Positions 13,296 through 27,339 are shown, counted from the first letter of the stretch. The stretch: DNA of 64,000 bases from Nemertoderma westbladi (GCA_032718475.1 JAUCBJ010004470.1:57788-121787); one strand, 5' to 3'. A program made the numbers and translations. The notes: generated by a model not told the origin, from the letters alone.

Positions 13296-14107
13296 ACACA
13301 CACAGTCATACATATATTTATATATTATCTAGGCCAACGCTACTTTATTATGGGGAAAGCAAAAACGCCGACGTCCCAACTCTTCCCTACAGTATAGTAA
13401 GTACTGTAGGCTTCCTGATTTGGGACTGGTAGGTCGACAAGACAAATGCATTGAGAGCGTTCACAACCCGCTGACAGTCTCCAAGGCACCTTTTGATATG
13501 CCGGACAAAAGTTTGTCACGAACCCAATAGTGTTGGTTGCATTTGTGACATATGTGGTAGAGCAGAGATAATCGATTCCTACCATTTGCTATATTGCCCC
13601 CCGAATACAGTAGCCTACACTCTTATATACTGGATAAATAAGAAACAAAACTTAGCGTTTGATATTCATTAGGCCGATGGGTGTTATGGTACCAATAATT
13701 ATTGTTGGAATTATTGTTGGCTAAAAAATTATAAGCGACTATATAGTAAATTGGTATTTTGTAGAGTTAAGCCTACAGTAGGTCTACCGTACCCAATACG
13801 GACTACAGCAGGCATGCGTGTTTCTAACGAAATTGTGTACAAAGATCGATATTAATTCAATAATGGAATTATGTTTCACATTTTGTTCCCATTAGATATT
13901 TGGGCGTTTTCAAAAATTAAATTTTAAATCAACAATTATTGCCGGAACATTCTAGGAAATTTCAGCATTTATTTTTCAATCATATTTCTTGTGTTTTCAA
14001 ATAAAATTTGGAAAACATTCCTTGAAATTTGGGAATTTTCCCGATAATTGCGGGAATATTCTCTTCTATTAAACTACTTCAAAATTTGATTAATACGGGA
14101 ATAAATT

Positions 14108-15009
14108 ATGCGGAAGCTTTTAATACTTATCGTCGCTCTACTATTTCTATCTGCATACATTTACATTCATTTCCCAAACTATTTCGAGGACCATTCCAAG
14201 GAAGTTCTCAAGGTGTTTGCTCGGGACGCTGAAAGGTTTGTTTGGGCGAGAAAATATCTATCGGAAATTACGGGCAATCTCAAAGCGCCACATCACCACA
14301 CCTACAACCAGTACGTAATTATTATTATAACTAAAAATCGTCGTTATTTTTCCAAAGCGAATAAACTATTCCTATTCCCCCAATATTTAACTCAAGTCAT
14401 TGCTGCTGTTCACAAGGAAACCAATGGGACTGTCCCAATAGTGGTGTGCAACACTGAAAGACAATACGAGACATCTCCAGAACATTTATATATAGCAACT
14501 AAATTTCCTACTTTGTACATGTGGAACTGCACGAAGGATTGTCCTTCATACTACGGAAACTTCCACAGGGATGAGACTTCCTCTTACTCTTATTGTTTGG
14601 ATAAAGCATCGCTGTTAAACAGCTCCTACACCTTAGTTCTACAAGATGACGCCCTGCCTGTTGATAACTTCTTTACTCATTTGCAATACATCGTCGACGA
14701 ACAGGTTGAACATCGAATGAGCAAAGGGGAGTTGATTGATGGCAATTCAAATTGGTTTTATATCAAGTTGAACTTTCCTCTACCACTAAGTGGCTTCATT
14801 AATAACTGGTTATTTTTCGTTGAATGGCTTGCATTGTGTTCCACAATCGCGTCTATTTTTACACTTCATCACATTTACTCAAACCAACAATGGAGGCTAA
14901 AAATCTTTAAGAAAGAATACCCATGTATTATATTCATTGTTGTATTCTGTTTATGTCTTCCTGCAACTCACATACTTTTAGGAAGGCAATTTTTTCTTAG
15001 TTTACAAAG
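14108..15009 (+). CDS. PGAP4: PGAP4/TMEM246 GPI-GalNAc transferase, exon 1
   Basis: N-terminal TM, QYLTQV, E..SYSYCL, YTLVLQDDALP, YIKL.FP..L.GF, LLGRQFFLSL. Strong donor AAG|GTAAGT at 15010 (phase 2). Confidence 0.85.
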
Positions 15010-16371
15010 GTAAGTAAATTAATAAGAAATATCAGAAACTCATTAAATATAATATTTCGGTGGTGGCAAAATTACTGTACAATCGAGTGGATTGGTCTTT
15101 TATAATAAATAAATAAATAATATATAAATTGTAAACAATTAATTCTTATATGAAATCTTCAAATTTTTTTTTGTAATTTAAACATCCGGCTTACTAGTCC
15201 GGCAGCCACATACCTCGTTTTGGCCCAACCGAAAATTTTTGTACGGATTACATTTTTTGGATGTTTTGAGGTCTAGAGGTCCCTCTGAACATAAAAAAGT
15301 AATTTATGGACTTTGACACCTTGGGCAATTTGAATTAATAACCCGTTTCTATTGACTACAGCAATTTCTATGAAAGCTTAGCAATCAGAATGGCGATTAA
15401 CTGTTGGATTTGAACTGGTTGTAATTTTGATCGAAAATATGAAAATTTTAGAGAAACTATTGAAGTGTTGCTATGGTAACGAAGGCACTACAGCTATCGC
15501 TCAATCTTTCCAAATGAAAAACTACTATGCCTACTGACACTCATGTGTTTTTTGTTTCGTTGGTGCACTTTATTAATAATATGTTCCCTAAATAATATGC
15601 ACCACATCAATTTTGTGTAGAAGTATGGTTAGCAACAAATACACGTATTCATGGAAACCACAGTAATTTATTGCGGACATAACATCTGAAGCATTTAAAA
15701 CCTTGTCAGAAAATTATTACCTTAAAATATATACAGTATATAAATAAATAATATGTCTCCTGCTTGTTTATAACACGTTTTTAATGCTAAATATACAAAA
15801 TTTAGTTAATGCATGGCGAATATGGAGACTATGCATTTTATATTAGGCCTATTCATTGTTTGATTACCGGTATATAATACAATATGACATTACGAAAAGT
15901 TTGCGCATGTATGTACCTTTATACGTCCCGGTGGCTATTATCGGTAAAATGGTCTAACACACAAATTAAGAGCAACAAGTTACAATGACAATACAAAACG
16001 GCCGGTTTTTGCATGTTGGGCCGAAAAGCAAATAGTATCATATCAGTTATAACAACACGTATCATTAGGAGTATTATTGATTAAGTATTATTTATTACAC
16101 TTATACTTTTATAGGTATTATTGATTAAGATTATAAAAGTCCAATACCATTGAGTGGCGACCTGCATGTGAGCCAGAGGTGCATCTCAAATAATTACACT
16201 TTATTAATAATAAAATTTTACAACCGGTTTTTCATCTGCAGCCGTTTCGTAATAAATCTTTTTAGTAAAACCATGTAAATGTACGAATATTAAGTATTAT
16301 TACTGTACTTAATATTATTATTATATCGGGTTTTGTGGATGATATATTTGCTTTATTCCATTCTCCCGCAG

Positions 16372-16717
16372 TTGGCATTCGCTCCGACCGGGAACTGATT
16401 GCTGCATAGTTTCCGCCCTGTACCAAAGCCGCAATCTCAGACACATCTCGAGACATATCCACGACGTTCCGAGAAACCCAACACGCCGTTCATTAGACTT
16501 CGCTCTCGATGACTACAGACGGTCCCTCGGAATGGAACAACATCTCGTGGTCCCCAATCTATTCTACCACATAGGGATGGTGTCTAACAGACTAACTAAC
16601 GGACTCGGGGGTATATCCTATAAATACTACGGAGATATCCCTTACCCGATGTACGAAAGCAGGTTTTATAATAGATACAATAGTTGGGAAAAGGTTTGGC
16701 AAATACTAGGGAGATAA
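16372..16717 (+). CDS. PGAP4: PGAP4/TMEM246, exon 2
   Basis: Acceptor ttctcccgcag ending at 16371 joins exon 1 in frame: (S)WHSLRPGTDCCIVSALY...LDFALD...VVPNLFYHIGMVS, matching PGAP4 C-terminal motifs (CCTPAML, D.AL, PNLV.HIG..S). Confidence 0.8.
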
Positions 16718-16959
16718 TTTATTTGAATTACTTTACTATAAATCGTGTATTTCGGTCGAGATAATTGATTTATGGAGGGGTAGCGAGGTGTTTATGGTTG
16801 CCACTCTATTTCAGTTTAAATTTTCTCCGACTTTTCCCTTACTATACTGGTATGCACGCGACATTTTTATAGAATAATATTAATTATATTGGCCATGTTA
16901 TCTTATTTATTCGCTTTTATTATATTCCAAAAAAGTTACACATAATTAAGTGAGTCTTT

Positions 16960-19900
16960 TAAATGACGGTTATCTCCAGTCTTTTTCTTCCGATATAAAA
17001 TTTTATAGTAATTCAGAATCTGAAATCAGTTTTTCGATAGGTTATTTCGTTCTAGAAGTTATGGAAACTTTTGTAATTTTCACCCAAAATTTGAAATTTT
17101 TTTTGGTGCAGCACCACATTTGACAACAAAAAGACAATCAAACACCCAAAATTTTTGAAACAATTTGCCATTTTCGGAATCAGCGCCCAAAATTCGCCTA
17201 TAGGTATCAAAACCGCAAAAGAAGATCATTTTTGAAAAAAATTTAAAATTGTTCACTTTTGATGCATGTTTGGTCAGTTGTAATCAGGAGGAAATTTAAC
17301 ATTTTTCTCGCGTTGCCTTTTTGAGACACTTTCTACTTTTTAACTATTCAACCGATTTTCGTTCTGTTTGCTGAATTATGTAGAGGAATATTCCGAGCAA
17401 AATCATGACATTTTTCGTTTCAAAAGTAACCAAAAATCAAAAAAAATCATTTCGCGATTTTTTTTACACAAACAATGTCATTCCCATTTTTTAAACAAAA
17501 TTGCAAAATTCTGTAAACACAATTTTTGCGCGTAATTTCCTCTACATAATTCTGCAAACAAAATGAAAACCGGTAGAGTAAGTTCAGTTCCGGTAGAGTA
17601 AGACACAGTAGAAGTTCAAAACCGCTTTGAAGCACTTCAGTCAATGGATGAAGACCAATCCACCGATTCAATATACCAGAATATAATAACAGCCCACAAG
17701 GAATCAGCTAAGAGGCATATCCCCCAGAAACCCAAACGAAAACAGTATGTGCCATGGCAAAACTCTGAGGTTACTTGTAAGAGAGAAGATCTTAAGATAG
17801 CCTACAAAGTTAAAACCGAACAACCAACAACCGAAAACATTAACAAGGTTGAGAAAGCTAAGGACGATCTTAAATTGGCCTACAACATCAACCAGGAAAA
17901 GTACATACAGGATAAAACTGAAGCAATTACAACTGCTCACATACAGCAACAATCAAGACTTACCTGGCAAACTGTAAATGAGGTATCTGGTCGGAAAAGT
18001 TGTGCAAAGGGGCGCCTCGAAGCCGATAGTCCTGAAGAACGTATTGGGAAGAGGAAAAATCACTTCAGCAACTTGCTTGGGCAGCCACCAAACATCGAGG
18101 TCAGCCCTACAAGGAAAATATATGACAAGACACTACCTATAGAAACAGGGGACTTTACACCTGCCGAACTCCAAAGAAGCATTAAAAGTATGTCCAATAA
18201 TAAAGCGAGTGGATTAGATGAAATCCCAGCGGAGGTACGGAGTGCTAAACAGACCATTATTGAATGTTTGCAACCGGATGTTAAAAGGGGAAAAGCCACC
18301 ACCAATTTGGACTAATGGTCAACTATAGCCTCTCCCCAAGAAAGGAGACCTTGGCATACCAACAAACTATCGTGGGATCTGTCTGCTTGTGGTAGCTGCC
18401 ACAATAACAATAACACAATAAAATGATTCTATATAGGATTAGGCCTCACATAGAGAAACTACTGCGTAAGAGCCAAAACGGATTTCGACCAAGTAGATGA
18501 ACAATAGCTCAGATACTTGCACTACGGAGACTGATTGAAGGAATTAAGTCAAAGAATCTCCCCGCAGTCATGACTTTTGTGGACTTCAAGAAGGCATTCG
18601 ACTCCATCCATAGAGGCAAAATGCTTGAAATCCTAAGAGCTTATGGAATACCAGAAGTAATTGTTGCTGGCATTGGATTGCTATATTGTGACACAGAAGC
18701 GCAGGTACTCTCACCAGATGGCGAAACTGAGTTTTTCTCAATCCTGGCTGGCGTACTGCAAGGTGACACATTAGCACCATTACTATTTGTAATTGTGCTG
18801 GATTACGCAATGAGGACGGCCACAAAGGGTGAAGATCTGGGATTCACACTTCAAGAACGCAGAAGTAGTATATATCCGGCAACTACAGTCACAGACACCC
18901 ACTTTGCGGATGACATCGCCCTGCTGCTAGCAGATGCACAGCTTCTACTAAATAAAGTGGAGAGGGCTGCTAGGGAAGTTGAATTGCATATAAATGCTAC
19001 CAAGACCAAATTCATGACCTTTAATGTTGATGGAAACTTGACAACCATTGATAATAATCAACCAAGGAAGGTTGACGACTTCCAGTACCTAGGATCATGG
19101 ATAGAGAGTAGCAAAAAGGACATAGAAGTTAGGAAAGCAAAGGCTTGGGTAGCTCTATCAAAAATGGATAACATCTGGAAATCAGATCTCTCCAGGCACC
19201 TGAAGACTAGTTCTTTCGAGCCACAGTGGAAAGTGTATTTTTATACGGGGATGAGACCTGGACACTGACTAAATCACTTGAACAACGAATTGATGGTTGC
19301 TACACAAGACTACTAAGGGCAGCCCTAAACATCAGCTGGAGACAACCATGACAAACGCCGAGCTTTATGGTACAATACCACCTGTATCAACCACCCTCCG
19401 TGAACGCAGATTAAGATTCAGTGGGCACTGCAGGCGAAGTAAAGACGAGGTCATACCAGATCTACTTCACTGGCAACCAACTCATGGAAGGCGTAGTCGT
19501 GGACGACCGGCCATAACATATATAGATCAACTTGAAAGGGATACTGAACTTGGGAGAAATGAAATTGCGACAACTATGGAGAATCGGGAAGCCTGGAAGG
19601 ATCTCATTTCCACTGTCCGAGTTCGTTCGACCTAGTAGTAGAGTAAGTTAAAAAGTAGATAGAGAAAGTATCCAAAAGAAGCCAAATGACGAAGAAAAAT
19701 GACATTATCTTTCCCAATGATTGATTACATCTCACCAAACATGCACTAAAAGTAAACAATAAAAAAAATGATCTTCTTTTGCGGTTTTGAAACCCATAGG
19801 CTAGTTTTCGGCGCTGATTCCGAAAATGGCAAATTATATTGAAATTTTTGAGTGTTTGATAGTTTTTTTTGGTGTCAAATGTGGTGCTGCACCAAAATTA

Positions 19901-20060
19901 AAAATTTTCAAATTTTGCGTAAAAATTACAAAAGTTGAATAACTCGACAACAAATGAAACAACTCGAAAAACTCATTTCAGATTCGGATTCACCATAAAA
20001 TTTTACTTTGGAAAACACATTAAAAATTCTGATGAAAAAAAGTCTGGGGGACCCCCCCAC
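16960..20060. mobile_element. Foldback / long-TIR non-autonomous DNA element interrupted by an RTE LINE
   Basis: About 300-bp imperfect inverted arms (ttggtgcagcaccacatttgac...ggaatcagcgcc...aaaccgcaaaagaagatcattt versus its reverse complement at 19765-19900). Ends approximate. Confidence 0.7.
17603..19647 (+). mobile_element. 5'-truncated RTE LINE with frameshifts, (TAG)n tail and TSD gtagagtaag
   Basis: VQNRFEAL, KASGLDEIPAE, FVDFKKAFDSIHR, GVLQGDTLAPLLF, FADDIALL, FQYLGS, RRLRFSGHC. gtagagtaag occurs at 17593-17602 and 19638-19647. Confidence 0.93.
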
Positions 20061-20431
20061 CCCTAAATATCAAGATATTGGCAATCTACCACAACAGACC
20101 AATGACTGGCAAAGTAGGTAGGTGGTAGGGCTACCGCAGTGCTGCTATTTTGTCAGTGGTTTAGTAGTAGTTTTAGTTTATTTTAGTTTTGTTTATTAGA
20201 CGTTTTTGATAAAGAGCGCTGAAGGCGCCCGAAAATTCAATTAAATAAATAAATATTATTGCTGATAATAACGTAGGATTTTTTTCATCTTGTTTATATA
20301 ATATACTGTTTATAATTTAAATGAAAACAAAAGATAAACCTTCTAGGTTATAAGGTAGGTAGTGCAATATGTAGCTGCAGCAGCACCCCGAGCATATTTT
20401 TTATCCTAGCTAGTTTTTGAATTTTTTTTAA

Positions 20432-21446
20432 AGGCGGCTAGTTATACTGTAGTCGAGTCCATCTAGCAAAAAACCCATAAGTATTTCGCAATCAATCCGA
20501 ACCACATATTTTGGATTCAATATTACCTTATTAATGACCAAAAAAAAGTCTATAAAAATATTTTTGCGGATCATATGCGGATTCATGGACATTCTGCGTA
20601 AATTTGCATAACACAAGCCAAACAAAAGGAACAGTAGGGAAAAGTAAGTAGCAAATTGGTGATGTTCCAGAATAATTTAATTAATTTCACAATAAGCTGT
20701 GATTCAATGGGATATTAGTAATATTTACACTGGCGTGTTACACATTAATTGCTATATCTCGGAAACTCGAAGTCCCATCAAATTTTTAAATATATCAAAA
20801 ACTTCACGATATTAAGGTAACCGTTGTAAAAAATTATACAATTCCACTGCAAGGAAATTTCATAATTTCCATAACTGTTAGTAAAGATTTTTCACATAAT
20901 TAAATTGTGATTGCTCTATTGATATTAGGTGTAATTTTTTATTTGTTTTAGTTTGAAAAACACAATAGTTTATCAAATAACAAATACATTTTTTGGGGAT
21001 AAGGGTTTTTGAGGTCGATAAATCCGATGGGCGAGGTTACATCCACCCGTTTACTAGAGAAGTTGTGTAAATAAGCTCCCTATATTGTACCAGCAAAATT
21101 GGTATTAAAAATGGTGAAATTATTAGACAAATTTCCGTTGCTCTGGAAACTAAATTGGTAACTATATAGAAGTGCATACTTCAGTCAATCGATAGTCATT
21201 CGAGTAAAGTTTGTCTGTACCAAATTTGGAGAAAATTCCACCAATTAGACCCCTTATTGCTATGTAAAATCCATGTTGCTAAGGAAAGAAACAGGAAATT
21301 GAAGGTGATCCACATAATATATTTTTATAGACTTTTTTGGGAGTATTAACAAGGTAATGTAGAATAAAAAAAAAATTGGTTTGGATGAATTGCGAATTTG
21401 TTATGGGTTGACCACCTTTTTCGGCTAGGCTAGATTGACTCGCCTA
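20432..21446. mobile_element. Kolobok-like non-autonomous element (TTAA-flanked, long imperfect TIRs)
   Basis: ttaa|aggcgg...cgccta|ttaa with inverted arms (aacccataa/ttatgggtt, aaaaagtctataaaaata/tatttttatagactttt). Confidence 0.6.
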
Positions 21447-22810
21447 TTAAGGACTGTCGAATAAACATAAAATGTATAAAATTTAATAACTTTCAAAACA
21501 AAATGTAATAACATCTATAATAATTTAATTTGAAGTGATTATTTTTCAGAGTTACTTACCCTAGGGTCAGAAATAATTTCCGAGGCGAAGCCGAGTCGAG
21601 GATAAAACTGTATTTTATTTAAAAAGCAAATAAGTGATTTCAATGATAGAGAATTATAATTTAACATTTGAATATTATTATGATTTCAGCCTACAGAGTA
21701 TTTATTTATACGATCTCGGTAGTGACGTCTTAATATAAAACCAAGTATCACCTTGCATGCACAATGGAAGTCATGCCGTCACTACTATGGATCAATCTAT
21801 GCATTATGTTGTCCTATAAGAGCCGGCTGACGGAAACCTTGTTGTCAGATATTGACATTCCTAAAATATCTGCTAAAAGACCCTGGGGGTCTTAAAAAGC
21901 AGCTACGAACTGGAGAGTTATAGGGCTGATAGCGAACTCTGTAGGTGTTGCGTTGCGGTGTGTCCGGTAGCAGATTGGAAATGATAATGGTTTGAATGAA
22001 TAAAGCGGTGTAAATCATGATATTGTGATAAATGTACTTTTAGATTATATTAACAATGCACAGTATGTAAACACAATATTACCAGCAGATAAACAAGGAG
22101 CACAAATAAACAGATCAGATTATTAATAAATTAAATATTCCAACCAACAACCCACACAACAGAATTTGTTAACAACACTTAATAGTTGGAAAAAAAACCA
22201 TCACCTAATTTATATACAAACACTAGAATAATAAAAGTATAAAATGTTAGCGCTAATATTCCGAACGTGATGCATCTTGTGTGGCCTATAATTTACATTT
22301 AAGTATACATTGTAAACAATACACAGCTAAATATAATAATTTAGCGGCAAAATAGTTACATGTTATAGAACTGATACTACTGTACCTGTATTACTGTAAA
22401 GATAAAGATTGTAAGTTTAGGTTCGATATAGGGATATAACAGTTTCAGTACAGTAAAACAATGGTATGTACAGTGTACACTGTACACCATGTCCAAAGGG
22501 GAATATAGTGTCGTTATTCAGGTACCAGCACCCCCCCCCCCCCCCCCCCCCCCTCAAAAAAATCTAGAACTCCGTTTTGTGTTACAAATTAGGAATCCTT
22601 GCATAGCCACCTTATTCCAGGACATGGTGTAAGAATGGACCGTGATTCTTACCAGCTCCTGAGCGCGACACTAAGTACCTTATAACCCATTCAGCTATGT
22701 CCCTTTTAATTTAATAATTTGAAATATAATTTACAAATGTAAGTGTAAAAATTATTTAAAGCAAATCACCACAAAGTATTATTATTTTCCATTTTAGCTT
22801 AATAAGTTCT

Positions 22811-23187
22811 TAGAGCTGTCCCGGAATACCGTAGTACAACTCCGCCAAATGTCAGTGTATACGGGATATAAGGTAAATCATATGAATTTATATTTTAGAC
22901 TTTACAACCCGCTGGGATAGAAAGAGCAATCTTATAATATCCGGAAACTTTCTTCGAATATTCGGTAAAAATGATGAAAACAATTTGAAAAAAGTATTTT
23001 AACCACCGGTAGAAAATATTTAAAAATAAATGTTAAACAGTAAATTGTACTTTATACTTTATCTGTTTTATCTTTCCACTAAACACAAAAAACTAAAATA
23101 TAAATAATGTTTAGTGCCCAAACTCCAGCCGGATTCGCTCAAAAATAGCTGGAATTCCGGCAGGTACTGAATTTCAGGACAGCCCTA
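22811..23187. mobile_element. hAT-like MITE
   Basis: TIRs tagagctgtcccggaat ... atttcaggacagcccta. TSD not convincing. Confidence 0.45.
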
Positions 23188-23226
23188 GTTCATAAACGTA
23201 GTAAAGCACTATTATATGAGAGTTAA

Positions 23227-23752
23227 GGGGCCGTGGGCAAATGATATCACGCCATTTTTTACGATTTTCGACCCCCTCAAATAAAAATAACAACCAACAA
23301 AAATAACCAATAGAGTTAATAAAAATGTTAAAATAGAAATTATTATGATAATACTAGTTCCGGTACCGGTATATTTAGTAATATTTTATTATAATATATA
23401 TTTATATACAGTATTCGTATTATAAATATTATATTATAAAATAATATTTTTATATTAGTTCTGGATGATTTTAAGCATAAAATGGATATTAAATAAATAT
23501 GAGTTAATCACAAAGACACTGATTTTTGAGTGTTGGAAAAAACCTGTTGGTAAAAAGTCACAGTGGCTCATTTGAAACCGGCTCGAATGAATATACTGTA
23601 CGAGAAGTATAATTTTATTAAGTGGAAAATTGTATTTGTTCACCAAACTGCTCTTGTGACGTCACAGCTACTCCCCCCTTCCCCATGTCATAAATTTTCA
23701 CAAAATTGCAACCCCTTCCCCTTCAACCGTGACATCATTTGTACCCGGCCCC
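23227..23752. mobile_element. PIF/Harbinger-like MITE
   Basis: TAA TSD on both sides; TIR ggggccgtgggcaaatgatatcac ... gtgacatcatttgtacccggcccc. Confidence 0.7.
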
Positions 23753-25177
23753 TAATGGTATCTCAATCTCAAACGCTCTATCGTCAAGTTTGAAATTAAC
23801 TTCGTGTATCACGTAATTGGAGTCAATGAATTATAAATTTATAATTACAATAAAAAAATTCAAAACTAAAAACATCAAATCTTTTTCAAGTTGTAAAACT
23901 TCCCGACTGTAGTGTCAATAGCTATTCAATCATTAGCTAATTAAGTGTTGTACATTAATAGTGAATCATGAGAGCGGTTGTTAACGATAAAATATTAAAC
24001 ACCCCGTTACAGCCGGCCAATATTATTGGTGAGAATGGGCCATTCTTTATATACGTAAACTTTTATCCCGCATAAAAAATATACATCTAATAACCTATTT
24101 TGTACCGAATTTCTAAATAAATTGTGTATCTGAATAAAATACCGTACCGTAGCCTCGGCATCACACAAGTGCGCTGTGCATTTCCATCGGCCAACTCAAA
24201 ACGAATTAGTATATTTTCCGTAGTAAAAACCCTAAATTGGCTGCTAAAGCAAATTAAATGGGTTAAACTTATCTTAATATAATTTCGCCACTCCATGTTG
24301 GCCAATTAATAGTAATGCACCTTTACTATCAATATAAATGATATCAACAATTACAATGCCTAATCTATCACACTTTCAGGGCGCGTCTCATTCCAACTGT
24401 TGTAAATTGAAATCAAATTAAGCTAATTGCAAGATTTAGGTACAAGGGGGTGGCCAATAACCCCTCCCTCTGAGGGTAGCAGCATTATGTTGATTACCCT
24501 GTTTTTTTTTTAAAGAATATTATAATTAAAAGAAAGAGAAGAAAGCCAATATGCTTCCTGTTTATCACTCAATCTAAGTCACATCCCTTAATTTTTTTTA
24601 TTTCGAGAATTTAGGTTTCAAACTGGTAAATATATTATTCGGCTCTTTCATCAACTCAATTTAGCATTGGTTTCATCGTTTACTCTTTATATATTGCGCG
24701 GCCAGTTACTGGGGATTTTACAATTACTAATTACGAGTCCAAGAACCGCGCCCTGGACCGTATAGAAGCCAAGGCACGCCTTATGATTGATTAACCAGTG
24801 CCTTATGAGATCTCCCGTATAGTTTATGCATTATTCATACCCCACAAACCTTATACCATTAAAATATAACGAAGCTAACTAGCAACCACACTGATGAACC
24901 ATAAATCTCAACTGTACAGCACAAAGGAATTGAACTTTGCTTTGTTTTTGCAATATAATGTATCGAAAACATTAGCATGCAATGAACGTATTATATTTTA
25001 TTACGCACCTGAAAGGTGAGCTATTAACTAACGGTCATTACAATAACATCAAAATGGTACTGAAATTACTAGAACTGCCGAATATTATAGAGTAACTAAC
25101 ATAAATCAACTTGTATTTTGGATGGATGAGTGGTTTCATATTCTGTTAACTTTCGTTAGCACAGCTTAGCAAAGTCG

Positions 25178-25300
25178 GCAATGACGTTCAGGTGGGATCG
25201 AACTGGTGACCTCTAGGTAGACGCTCTATCCATTCCGATAGCGGCTCAGGTAAAAGGTAGTCCTCTGGAATGCAGTTCAATCCCACCTGGACGTCATTGC
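25178..25300. repeat. Inverted pair of tRNA B-box-like segments (tRNA-derived foldback)
   Basis: gcaatgacgttcaggtgggatcgaactg ... cagttcaatcccacctggacgtcattgc: 28-bp arms containing GTTCRATCC-like boxes. Confidence 0.6.
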
Positions 25301-25802
25301 ATAATAATTCAACTGGTCATTATGAAAATAAAATAATTGAAAATGGTGGGTTCAAGATCTAACACTTAGGGTATTTCGCTACCTTCCAATACCCCCCCCC
25401 CCCCCCCCCGCCCCTCCTATTCGCGAACATATAAGGTAATTATTTACGACCGAGAGATAGAAAGTAGCTAAAAAAGCACCAAGAAAAAATAAATCACCAA
25501 CAAATAAAATAACCAACAGAAATAATTACATAAACTGGAAGCAGGAAATATAATAGGATAAAAAGAAACAGAAACTGCATAGGCCTAATAATAGATACAC
25601 CGGAATCGAATACATTAATATAAAACTAAAAAACGATAACATAAACTGTAAAAGTCAAAACCACTGCAAATTTAAACACCAAATGATAATGAAATGATAG
25701 TTTAAGTTCACAAAGGATCACTAATTTATATGGAAATAAATGGATAACCTGGATTAGTAAGTTCACGAGAATAATATGGTTAATTACTGTGTAAATGTAG
25801 CT

Positions 25803-27213
25803 AGTAAACGGAGCACTGCAGCAAGCAAAGGGTTCACTTGCAACAAGTAAACGGCGCACTTGCGGCAAGTAAACGGGGTACTGCAGCAAGCAAATGGTTC
25901 ACTTGCAGCAAGTAAACGGCGCACTTGCGGCAAGTAAACGGCGTACTGCAGCAAGCAAAGGGTTCACTTGCAGCAAGTAAACGGCGCACTTGCGGCAAGT
26001 AAACGGAGCACTGCAGCCTCAAGCAAAGGGTCCACTTGCAGCAAGTAAACGGCGCACTTGCGGCAAGTAAACGGCGTACTGCAGCAAGCAAAGGGTTCAC
26101 TTGCAGCAAGTAAACGACGTACTGCAGCAAGCAAAGGGTTCACTTGCAGCAAGTAAACGGCGTACTTGCGGCAAGTAAACGGCGTACTTGCAGCAAACAA
26201 ACGGCGCACTTACGGCAATTAAACGGCGTACTTGCAACAAGTAAACAGCGCACTTGCAGCAAGTAAACGGAGCACTGCAGCAAACAAAGGGTTCACTTGC
26301 AGCAAGTAAACGGCGTACTTTCAGCAAACAAACGGCGCACTTGCGGCAATTAAACGGCGTATTTGCTGCAAGTAAACAGCGTACTTGCAGCAAGTAAACG
26401 GCGTACTTGCAGCAAGTAAACGGCGTACTTGCAGCAAACAAACGGCGCACTTGCTGCAATTAAACGGCGCACTTGCAGCAAGTAAACGGCGTACTTGCAG
26501 CAAGTAAACGGCACACTTGCGGCAAGTAAACGGCGTACTTGCAGCAAGTAAACGGCGTACTTGCAGCAAACAAACGGCGCACTTTCGGCAATTAAACGGC
26601 GTACTTGCAACAAGTAAACAGCGCACTTGCAGCAAGTAAACGGAGCACTGCAGCAAACAAAGGGTTCACTTGCAGCAAGTAAACGGCGTACTTTCAGCAA
26701 ACAAACGGCGCACTTGCGGCAATTAAACGGCGTATTTGCTGCAAGTAAACAGCGTACTTGCAGCAAGTAAACGGCGTACTTGCAGCAAGTAAACGGCGTA
26801 CTTGCAGCAAGTAAACGGCGTACTTGCAGCAAGTAAACGGCGTACTTGCAGCAAACAAACGGCGCACTTTCGGCAATTAAACGGCGTACTTGCAACAAGT
26901 AAACAGCGCACTTGCAGCAAGTAAACGGAGCACTGCAGCAAACAAAGGGTTCACTTGCAGCAAGTAAACGGCGTACTTTCAGCAAACAAACGGCGCACTT
27001 GCGGCAATTAAACGGCGCACTTGCAGCAAGTAAACGGCGTACTTGCAGCAAGTAAACGGCACACTTGCGACAAGTAAACGGTGTACTTGCAGCAAGTAAA
27101 CGGCGTACTTGCAGCAAGTAAACGGCGTATTTGCGGCAAGTAAACGGCGTACTTGCAGCAAGTAAACGGCGTACTTGCAGCAAGTAAACGGCGCCCTCGC
27201 AGCAAGTAAACGA
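25803..27213. repeat. 22-bp minisatellite with higher-order structure
   Basis: Unit cttgcagcaagtaaacggcgta, with variants (caaacaaacggcgcac, gcaattaaacgg, caaagggttcac) recurring in blocks. Confidence 0.97.
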
Positions 27214-27339
27214 CTCATATTGAAGCTATTCAGTAAAATAAAAATATTCAACTTAAGTAAATTAAAATATGACAATATTGTAACAGAAATAAAATGAAAA
27301 ACATTGCGGGTTAAAAAATCCCTTTAAATGAAACCAGCG

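Noticed and set aside
13340-13585. 81-aa Cys-containing ORF
   Set aside because: No recognisable family or splice context; cannot be supported.
21690-21990. Slightly GC-richer segment with a CRCCVAVC peptide
   Set aside because: Stops in all plus frames and no identifiable homology.
25160-25300. tRNA gene
   Set aside because: Only B-box-like arms in inverted orientation; no complete cloverleaf.
25626-27275. Many Cys-rich ORFs (up to 277 aa) on the minus strand
   Set aside because: Translations of the 22-bp minisatellite; the same peptide cycles through all frames.
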